Below the pieces are notes generated by a model, which saw nothing but the letters and a program-made list of their open reading frames with translations, was not told the DNA's origin and searched no databases. The translations under genes were made by a program, and so were the position numbers. 64,000 nt of DNA from Auanema rhodensis (lineage: Eukaryota > Animalia > Nematoda), in the NCBI GenBank assembly GCA_964057225.1, contig OZ059900.1, positions 7,440,001 to 7,504,000 on the forward strand, read 5' to 3'. Numbering within the stretch: the first letter of the stretch is position 1; each line of letters starts with the position of its first letter. Of the stretch, positions 13,001 to 24,900 are shown piece by piece.

Positions 13001-14989
13001 CAACGATTTTGGGTACAAAACATGTGAAAACTGTATGTTTTGATCAGACCCTTCGAGATATGGATTTGAAATCCAGGATTCATAAACTTTGACTATTTTT
13101 ACATATATATGTCCAATTTCAACCACTTTGGTCAAAAAGGACCGAAAATATCAAGAATTATTGGTTTTTTGGGGTTTGAAGGGCATTTTGGCAAAATCAG
13201 TCAAACTTTTTATCTTAAGCATATTTTTTTCTTCTAAAACGACTAAATGTATGAAATACTGTCATAGAATGTTCATATAGGTGTATTTTGCACGAATATC
13301 AAAACTGATTGAAATATGGGCCTTTTTATGTTCAAAACGCCATATATTCAACGATTTTGGGTACAAAACATGTGAAAACTGTATGTTTTGATCAGACCCT
13401 TTGAGATATGGATTTGAAATTCAGGATTCATGAACTTTGACTATTTTTACATATATATGTCCAATTTTAACCACTTTGGTCAAAAATGACCGAAAATATC
13501 AAGAATTATTGGTTTTTTGGGGATTGAAGGGCATTTTGGCAAAATCAGTCAAACTTTTGATCTTAAGCATATTTTTTTCTTCTAAAACGACTAAATGTAT
13601 GAAATACTGTCATAGAATGTTTATATAAGTGTATTTTGCACGAATATCAAAACTGATTGAAATATGGGCCTTTTTATGCTCAAAACGCCATATATTCAAC
13701 GATTTTGGGTACAAAACATGTGAAAACTGTATGTTTTGATCAGACCCTTTGAGATATGGATTTGAAATTCAGGATTCATAAACTTTGACTATTTCTACAT
13801 ATATATGTCCAATTTTAACCACTTTGGTCGAAAAGGACCGAAAATATCAAGAATTATTGGTTTTTTGGGGTTTGAAGGGCATTTTGGCAAAATCAGTCAA
13901 ACTTTTGATCTTAAGCATATTTTTTTCTTCTAAAACGACTAAATGTATGAAATACTGTCAAAGAATGTTCATATAGGTGTATTTTGCACGAATATCAAAA
14001 CTGATTGAAATATGGGCCTTTTTATGCTCAAAACGCCATATATTCAACGATTTTGGGTACAAAACATGTGAAAACTGTATGTTTTGATCAGACCCTTTGA
14101 GATATGGATTTGAAATTCAGGATTCATAAACTTAATCTATTTTCACATATATATGTTCAATTTTAATCACTTTGGTCAAGAAGGACCGAAAATATCAAGA
14201 ATTATTGGTTTTTTGGGGTTTGAAGGGCATTTTGGCAAAATCAGTCAAACTTTTGATCTTAAGCATATTTTTTTCTTCTAAAACGACTAAATGTATGAAA
14301 TACTGTCATAGAATGTTTATATAAGTGTATTTTGCACGAATATCAAAACTGATTGAAATATGGGCCTTTTTATGCTCAAAACGCCATATATTCAACGATT
14401 TTGGGTACAAAACATGTGAAAACTGTATGTTTTGATCAGACCCTTTGAGATATGGATTTGAAATTCAGGATTCATAAACTTTGACTATTTCTACATATAT
14501 ATGTCCAATTTTAACCACTTTGGTCAAAAAGGACCGAAAATATCAAGAATTATTGGTTTTTCGGGGTTTGAAGGGCATTTTGGCAAAATCAGTCAAACTT
14601 TTGATCTTAAGCATATTTTTTTCTTCTAAAACGACTAAATGTATGAAATACTGTCAAAGAATGTTCATATAGGTGTATTTTGCACGAATATCAAAACTGA
14701 TTGAAATATGGGCCTTTTTATGCTCAAAACGCCATATATTCAACGATTTTGGGTACAAAACATGTGAAAACTGTATGTTTTGATCAGACCCTTTGAGATA
14801 TGGATTTGAAATTCAGGATTCATAAACTTAAACTATTTTCACATATATATGTTCAATTTTAACCACTTTGGTCAAAAAGGACCGAAAATATCAAGAATTA
14901 TTGGTTTTTTGGGGATTGAAGGGCATTTTGGCAAAATCAGTCAAACTTTTGATCTTAAGCAAATTTTTTTCTTCTAAAACGACTAAATG

Positions 14990-17900
14990 TATGAAATACT
15001 GTCAAAGAATGTTCATATAGGTGTATTTTGCACGAATATCAAAACTGATTGAAATATGGGCCTTTTTATGCTCAAAACGCCATATATTCAACGATTTTGG
15101 GTACAAAACATGTGAAAACTGTATGTTTTGATCAGACCCTTCGAGATATGGATTTGAAATCCAGGATTCATAAACTTTGACTATTTTTACATATATATGT
15201 CCAATTTCAAGCACTTTGGTCAAAAAGGACCGAAAATATCAAGAATTATTGGTTTTTTGGGGTTTGAAGGGCATTTTGGCAAAATCAGTCAAACTTTTGA
15301 TCTTAAGCATATTTTTTTCTTCTAAAACGACTAAATGTATGAAATACCGTCATAGAATGTTCATATAGGTGTATTTTGCACGAATATCAAAACTGATTGA
15401 AATATGGGCCTTTTTATGTTCAAAACGCCATATATTCAACGATTTTGGGTACAAAACATGTGAAAACTGTATGTTTTGATCAGACCCTTTGAGATATGGA
15501 TTTGAAATTCAGGATTCATAAACTTTGACTATTTTTACATATATATGTCCAATTTTAACCACTTTGGTCAAAAAGGACCGAAAATATCAAGAATTATTGG
15601 TTTTTTGGGGATTGAAGGGCATTTTGGCAAAATCAGTCAAACTTTTGATCTTAAGCATATTTTTTTCTTCTAAAACGACTAAATGTATGAAATACTGTCA
15701 TAGAATGTTTATATAAGTGTATTTTGCACGAATATCAAAACTGATTGAAATATGGGCCTTTTTATGCTCAAAACGCCATATATTCAACGATTTTGGGTAC
15801 AAAACATGTGAAAACTGTATGTTTTGATCAGACCCTTTGAGATATGGATTTGAAATTCAGGATTCATAAACTTTGACTATTTCTACATATATATGTCCAA
15901 TTTTAACCACTTTGGTCAAAAAGGACCGAAAATATCAAGAATTATTGGTTTTTTGGGGTTTGAAGGGCATTTTGGCAAAATCAGTCAAACTTTTGATCTT
16001 AAGCATATTTTTTTCTTCTAAAACGACTAAATGTATGAAATACTGTCAAAGAATGTTCATATAGGTGTATTTTGCACGAATATCAAAACTGATTGAAATA
16101 TGGGCCTTTTTATGCTCAAAACGCCATATATTCAACGATTTTGGGTACAAAACATGTGAAAACTGTATGTTTTGATCAGACCCTTTGAGATATGGATTTG
16201 AAATTCAGGATTCATAAACTTAAACTATTTTCACATATATATGTTCAATTTTAATCACTTTGGTCAAAAAGGACCGAAAATATCAAGAATTATTGGTTTT
16301 TTGGGGTTTGAAGGACATTTTGGCTAAATCAGTCAAACTTTTGATCTTAAGCATATTTTTTTTTTCTAAAACGACTAAATGTATGAAATACTGTCATAGA
16401 ATGTTCATATAGGTGTATTTTGCACGAATATCAAAACTGATTGAAATATGGGCCTTTTTATGCTCAAAACGCCATATATTCAACGATTTTGGGTACAAAA
16501 CATGTGAAAACTGTATGTTTTGATCAGACCCTTCGAGATATGGATTTGAAATCCAGGATTCATAAACTTTGACTATTTTTACATATATATGTCCAATTTC
16601 AACCACTTTGGTCAAAAAGGACCGAAAATATCAAGAATTATTGGTTTTTCTGGGATTGAAAGGCATTTTGGCAAAATCAGTCAAACTTTTGATCTTAAGC
16701 ATATTTTTTTCTTCTAAAACGACTAAATGTATGAAATACTGTCATAGAATGTTCATATAGGTGTATTTTGCACGAATATCAAAACTGATTGAAATATGGG
16801 CCTTTTTATGTTCAAAACGCCATATATTCAACGATTTTGGGTACAAAACATGTGAAAACTGTATGTTTTGATCAGACCCTTTGAGATATGGATTTGAAAT
16901 TCAGGATTCATAAACTTTGACTATTTTTACATATATATGTCCACTTTTAACCACTTTGGTCAAAAAGGACCGAAAATATCAAGAATTATTGGTTTTTTGG
17001 GGATTGAAGGGCATTTTGGCAAAATCAGTCAAACTTTTGATCTTAAGCATATTTTTTTCTTCTAAAACGACTAAATGTATGAAATACTGTCATAGAATGT
17101 TTATATAAGTGTATTTTGCACGAATATCAAAACTGATTGAAATATGGGCCTTTTTATGCTCAAAACGCCATATATTCAACGATTTTGGGTACAAAACATG
17201 TGAAAACTGTATGTTTTGATCAGACCCTTTGAGATATGGATTTGAAATTCAGGATTCATAAACTTTGACTATTTCTACATATATATGTCCAATTTTAACC
17301 ACTTTGGTCAAAAAGGACCGAAAATATCAAGAATTATTGGTTTTTTGGGGTTTGAAGGGCGTTTTGGCAAAATCAGTCAAACTTTTGATCTTAAGCATAT
17401 TTTTTTCTTCTAAAACGACTAAATGTATGAAATACTGTCAAAGAATGTTCATATAGGTGTATTTTGCACGAATATCAAAACTGATTGAAATATGGGCCTT
17501 TTTATGCTCAAAACGCCATATATTCAACGATTTTGGGTACAAAACATGTGAAAACTGTATGTTTTGATCAGACCCTTCGAGATATGGATTTGAAATCCAG
17601 GATTCATAAACTTTGACTATTTTTACATATATATGTCCAATTTCAAGCACTTTGGTCAAAAAGGACCGAAAATATCAAGAATTATTGGTTTTTTGGGGTT
17701 TGAAGGGCATTTTGGCAAAATCAGTCAAACTTTTGATCTTAAGCATATTTTTTTCTTCTAAAACGACTAAATGTATGAAATACCGTCATAGAATGTTCAT
17801 ATAGGTGTATTTTGCACGAATATCAAAACTGATTGAAATATGGGCCTTTTTATGTTCAAAACGCCATATATTCAACGATTTTGGGTACAAAACATGTGAA

Positions 17901-19530
17901 AACTGTATGTTTTGATCAGACCCTTTGAGATATGGATTTGAAATTCAGGATTCATAAACTTTGACTATTTTTACATATATATGTCCAATTTTAACCACTT
18001 TGGTCAAAAAGGACCGAAAATATCAAGAATTATTGGTTTTTTGGGGATTGAAGGGCATTTTGGCAAAATCAGTCAAACTTTTGATCTTAAGCATATTTTT
18101 TTCTTCTAAAACGACTAAATGTATGAAATACTGTCATAGAATGTTTATATAAGTGTATTTTGCACGAATATCAAAACTGATTGAAATATGGGCCTTTTTA
18201 TGCTCAAAACGCCATATATTCAACGATTTTGGGTACAAAACATGTGAAAACTGTATGTTTTGATCAGACCCTTTGAGATATGGATTTGAAATTCAGGATT
18301 CATAAACTTTGACTATTTCTACATATATATGTCCAATTTTAACCACTTTGGTCAAAAAGGACCGAAAATATCAAGAATTATTGGTTTTTTGGGGTTTGAA
18401 GGGCATTTTGGCAAAATCAGTCAAACTTTTGATCTTAAGCATATTTTTTTCTTCTAAAACGACTAAATGTATGAAATACTGTCAAAGAATGTTCATATAG
18501 GTGTATTTTGCACGAATATCAAAACTGATTGAAATATGGGCCTTTTTATGCTCAAAACGCCATATATTCAACGATTTTGGGTACAAAACATGTGAAAACT
18601 GTATGTTTTGATCAGACCCTTTGAGATATGGATTTGAAATTCAGGATTCATAAACTTAAACTATTTTCACATATATATGTTCAATTTTAATCACTTTGGT
18701 CAAAAAGGACCGAAAATATCAAGAATTTTTGGTTTTTTGGGGTTTGAAGGACATTTTGGCTAAATCAGTCAAACTTTTGATCTTAAGCATATTTTTTTTT
18801 TCTAAAACGACTAAATGTATGAAATACTGTCATAGAATGTTCATATAGGTGTATTTTGCACGAATATCAAAACTGATTGAAATATGGGCCTTTTTATGCT
18901 CAAAACGCCATATATTCAACGATTTTGGGTACAAAACATGTGAAAACTGTATGTTTTGATCAGACCCTTCGAGATATGGATTTGAAATCCAGGATTCATA
19001 AACTTTGACTATTTTTACATATATATGTCCAATTTCAACCACTTTGGTCAAAAAGGACCGAAAATATCAAGAATTATTGGTTTTTCTGGGATTGAAGGGC
19101 ATTTTGGCAAAATCAGTCAAACTTTTGATCTTAAGCATATTTTTTTCTTCTAAAACGACTAAATGTATGAAATACTGTCATAGAATGTTCATATAGGTGT
19201 ATTTTGCACGAATATCAAAACTGATTGAAATATGGGCCTTTTTATGTTCAAAACGCCATATATTCAACGATTTTGGGTACAAAACATGTGAAAACTGTAT
19301 GTTTTGATCAGACCCTTTGAGATATGGATTTGAAATTCAGGATTCATAAACTTTGACTATTTTTACATATATATGTCCACTTTTAACCACTTTGGTCAAA
19401 AAGGACCGAAAATATCAAGAATTATTGGTTTTTTGGGGATTGAAGGGCATTTTGGCAAAATCAGTCAAACTTTTGATCTTAAGCATATTTTTTTCTTCTA
19501 AAACGACTAAATGTATGAAATACTGTCATA
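14990..19530. repeat. Tandem block duplication, period 2436 bp (7 monomers)
   Basis: Private variants recur at +2436: TTTCAAGCAC and TACCGT (15177/17613), the T10 run replacing TTTTTTTCTT (16221/18657), and CCACTTTT (16917/19353). Confidence 0.9.
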
Positions 19531-21979
19531 GAATGTTCATATAGGTGTATTTTGCACGAATATCAAAACTGATTGAAATATGGGCCTTTTTATGCTCAAA
19601 ACGCCATATATTCAACGATTTTGGGTACAAAACATGTGAAAACTGTATGTTTTGATCAGACCCTTCGAGATATGGATTTGAAATCCAGGATTCATAAACT
19701 TTGACTATTTTTACATATATATGTCCAATTTCAACCATTTTGGTCAAAAAGGACCGAAAATATCAAGAATTATTGGTTTTTCTGGGATTGAAGGGCATTT
19801 TGGTAAAATCAGTCAAACTTTTGATCAAGTTAAGCATATTTTTTTCTTCTAAAACGACTAAATGTATGAAATACTGTCATAGAATGTTCATATAGGTGTA
19901 TTTTGCACGAATATCAAAACTGATTGAAATATGGGCCTTTTTATGCTCAAAACGCCATATATTCAACAATTTTGGGTACAAAACATGTGAAAACTGTATG
20001 TTTTGATCAGACCCTTCGAGATATGGATTTGAAATCCAGGATTCATAAACTTTGACTATTTTTACATATATATGTCCAATTTCAACCACTTTGGTCAAAA
20101 AGGACCGAAAATATCAAGAATTATTGGTTTTTCTGGGAGTGAAGGGCATTTTGGCAAAATCAGTCAAACTTTTGATCTTAAGCATATTTTTTTCTTCTAA
20201 AACGACTAAATGTATGAAATACTGTCATAGAATGTTCATATAGGTGTATTTTGCACGAATATCAAAACTGATTGAAATATGGGCCTTTTTATGTTCAAAA
20301 CGCCATATATTCAACGATTTTGGGTACAAAACATGTGAAAACTGTATGTTTTGATCAGACCCTTTGAGATATGGATTTGAAATTCAGGATTCATAAACTT
20401 TGACTATTTTTACATATATATGTCCAATTTTAACCACTTTGGTCAAAAAGGACCGAAAATATCAAGAATTATTGGTTTTTTGGGGGATTGAAGGGCATTT
20501 TGGCAAAATCAGTCAAACTTTTGATCTTAAGCATATTTTTTTCTTCTAAAACGACTAAATGTATGAAATACTGTCATAGAATGTTCATATAGGTGTATTT
20601 TGCACGAATATCAAAACTGATTGAAATATGGGCCTTTTTATGCTCAAAACGCCATATATTCAACGATTTTGGGTACAAAACATGTGAAAACTGTATGTTT
20701 TGATCAGACCCTTCGAGATATGGATTTGAAATCCAGGATTCATAAACTTTGACTATTTTTACATATATATGTCCAATTTCAACCATTTTGGTCAAAAAGG
20801 ACCGAAAATATCAAGAATTATTGGTTTTTCTGGGATTGAAGGGCATTTTGGCAAAATCAGTCAAACTTTTGATCTTAAGCATATTTTTTTCTTCTAAAAC
20901 GACTAAATGTATGAAATACTGTCATAGAATGTTCATATAGGTGTATTTTGCACGAATATCAAAACTGATTGAAATATGGGCCTTTTTATGTTCAAAACGC
21001 CATATATTCAACGATTTTGGGTACAAAACATGTGAAAACTGTATGTTTTGATCAGACCCTTTGAGATATGGATTTGAAATCCAGGATTCATAAACTTTGA
21101 CTATTTTTACATATATATGTCCAATTTCAACCATTTTGGTCAAAAAGGACCGAAAATATCAAGAATTATTGGTTTTTCTGGGATTGAAGGGCATTTTGGC
21201 AAAATCAGTCAAACTTTTGATCTTAAGCATATTTTTTTCTTCTAAAACGACTAAATGTATGAAATACTGTCATAGAATGTTCATATAGGTGTATTTTGCA
21301 CGAATATCAAAACTGATTGAAATATGGGCCTTTTTATGTTCAAAACGCCATATATTCAACGATTTTGGGTACAAAACATGTGAAAACTGTATGTTTTGAT
21401 CAGACCCTTTGAGATATGGATTTGAAATTCAGGATTCATAAACTTTGACTATTTTTACATATATATGTCCAATTTTAACCACTTTGGTCAAAAAGGACCG
21501 AAAATATCAAGAATTATTGGTTTTTTGGGGATTGAAGGGCATTTTGGCAAAATCAGTCAAACTTTTGATCTTAAGCATATTTTTTTCTTCTAAAACGACT
21601 AAATGTATGAAATACTGTCATAGAATGTTCATATAGGTGTATTTTGCACGAATATCAAAACTGATTGAAATATGGGCCTTTTTATGCTCAAAACGCCATA
21701 TATTCAACGATTTTGGGTACAAAACATGTGAAAACTGTATGTTTTGATCAGACCCTTTGAGATATGGATTTGAAATTCAGGATTCATAAACTTCGACTAT
21801 TTCTACATATACATGTCCAATTTTAACCACTTTGGTCGAAAAGGACCGAAAATATCAAGAATTATTGGTTTTTTGGGGTTTGAAGGGCATTTTGGCAAAA
21901 TCAGTCAAACTTTTGATCTTAAGCATATTTTTTTCTTCTAAAACGACTAAATGTATGAAATACTGTCAAAGAATGTTCA

Positions 21980-24900
21980 TATAGGTGTATTTTGCACGAA
22001 TATCAAAACTGATTGAAATATGGGCCTTTTTATGTTCAAAACGTCATATATTCAACGATTTTGGGTACAAAACATGTGAAAACTGTATGTTTTGATCAGA
22101 CCCTTTGAGATATGGATTTGAAATCCAGGATTCATAAACTTTGACTATTTTTACATATATATGTCCAATTTCAACCATTTTGGTCAAAAAGGACCGAAAA
22201 TATCAAGAATTATTGGTTTTTCTGGGATTGAAGGGCATTTTGGCAAAATCAGTCAAACTTTTGATCTTAAGCATATTTTTTTCTTCTAAAACGACTAAAT
22301 GTATGAAATACTGTCATAGAATGTTCATATAGGTGTATTTTGCACGAATATCAAAACTGATTGAAATATGGGCCTTTTTATGTTCAAAACGCCATATATT
22401 CAACGATTTTGGGTACAAAACATGTGAAAACTGTATGTTTTGATCAGACCCTTTGAGATATGGATTTGAAATTCAGGATTCATAAACTTTGACTATTTTT
22501 ACATATATATGTCCAATTTTAACCACTTTGGTCAAAAAGGACCGAAAATATCAAGAATTATTGGTTTTTTGGGGATTGAAGGGCATTTTGGCAAAATCAG
22601 TCAAACTTTTGATCTTAAGCATATTTTTTTCTTCTAAAACGACTAAATGTATGAAATACTGTCATAGAATGTTCATATAGGTGTATTTTGCACGAATATC
22701 AAAACTGATTGAAATATGGGCCTTTTTATGCTCAAAACGCCATATATTCAACGATTTTGGGTACAAAACATGTGAAAACTGTATGTTTTGATCAGACCCT
22801 TTGAGATATGGATTTGAAATTCAGGATTCATAAACTTCGACTATTTCTACATATACATGTCCAATTTTAACCACTTTGGTCGAAAAGGACCGAAAATATC
22901 AAGAATTATTGGTTTTTTGGGGTTTGAAGGGCATTTTGGCAAAATCAGTCAAACTTTTGATCTTAAGCATATTTTTTTCTTCTAAAACGACTAAATGTAT
23001 GAAATACTGTCAAAGAATGTTCATATAGGTGTATTTTGCACGAATATCAAAACTGATTGAAATATGGGCCTTTTTATGCTCAAAACGCCATATATTCAAC
23101 GATTTTGGGTACAAAACATGTGAAAACTGTATGTTTTGATCAGACCCTTTGAGATATGGATTTGAAATTCAGGATTCATAAACTTTGACTATTTTTACAT
23201 ATATATTTTCAATTGTAACCACTTTGGTCAAAAAGGACCGAAAATATCAAGAATTATTGGTTTTTTGGGGTTTGAAGGGCATTTTGGCTAAATCAGTCAA
23301 ACTTTTGATCTTAAGCATATTTTTTTCTTCTAAAACGACTAAATGTATGAAATACTGTCATAGAATGTTGATATAGGTGTATTTTGCACGAATATCAAAA
23401 CTGATTGAAATATGGGCCTTTTTATGCTCAAAACGCCATATATTCAACGATTTTGGGTACAAAACATGTGAAAACTGTATGTTTTGATCAGACCCTTTGA
23501 GATATGGATTTGGAATTCAGGATTCATAAACTTTGACTATTTTTACATATATATGTTCAATTTTAACCACTTTGGTCAAAAAGGACCGAAAATATCAAGA
23601 ATTATTGGTTTTTTGGGGTTTGAAGGGCATTTTGGCAAAATCAGTCAAACTTTTGATCTTAAGCATATTTTTTTCTTCTAAAACGACTAAATGTATGAAA
23701 TACTGTCAAAGAATGTTCATATAGGTGTATTTTGCACGAATATCAAAACTGATTGAAATATGGGCCTTTTTATGCTCAAAACGCCATATATTCAACGATT
23801 TTGGGTACAAAACATGTGAAAACTGTATGTTTTGATCAGACCCTTTGAGATATGGATTTGAAATTCAGGATTCATAAACGTCGACTATTTCTACATATAC
23901 ATGTCCAATTTTAACCACTTTGGTCGAAAAGGACCGAAAATATCAAGAATTATTGGTTTTTTGGGGTTTGAAGGGCATTTTGGCAAAATCAGTCAAACTT
24001 TTGATCTTAAGCATATTTTTTTCTTCTAAAACGACTAAATGTATGAAATACTGTCAAAGAATGTTCATATAGGTGTATTTTGCACGAATATCAAAACTGA
24101 TTGAAATATGGGCCTTTTTATGCTCAAAACGCCATATATTCAACGATTTTGGGTACAAAACATGTGAAAACTGTATGTTTTGATCAGACCCTTTGAGATA
24201 TGGATTTGAAATTCAGGATTCATAAACTTTGACTATTTTTACATATATATTTTCAATTGTAACCACTTTGGTCAAAAAGGACCGAAAATATCAAGAATTA
24301 TTGGTTTTTTGGGGTTTGAAGGGCATTTTGGCTAAATCAGTCAAACTTTTGATCTTAAGCATATTTTTTTCTTCTAAAACGACTAAATGTATGAAATACT
24401 GTCATAGAATGTTGATATAGGTGTATTTTGCACGAATATCAAAACTGATTGAAATATGGGCCTTTTTATGCTCAAAACGCCATATATTCAACGATTTTGG
24501 GTACAAAACATGTGAAAACTGTATGTTTTGATCAGACCCTTTGAGATATGGATTTGAAATTCAGGATTCATAAACTTTGACTATTTTTACATATATATGT
24601 CCAATTTTAACCACTTTGGTCAAAAAGGACCGAAAATATCAAGAATTATTGGTTTTTTGGGGATTGAAGGGCATTTTGGCAAAATCAGTCAAACTTTTGA
24701 TCTTAAGCATATTTTTTTCTTCTAAAACGACTAAATGTATGAAATACTGTCATAGAATGTTCATATAGGTGTATTTTGCACGAATATCAAAACTGATTGA
24801 AATATGGGCCTTTTTATGCTCAAAACGCCATATATTCAACGATTTTGGGTACAAAACATGTGAAAACTGTATGTTTTGATCAGACCCTTTGAGATATGGA

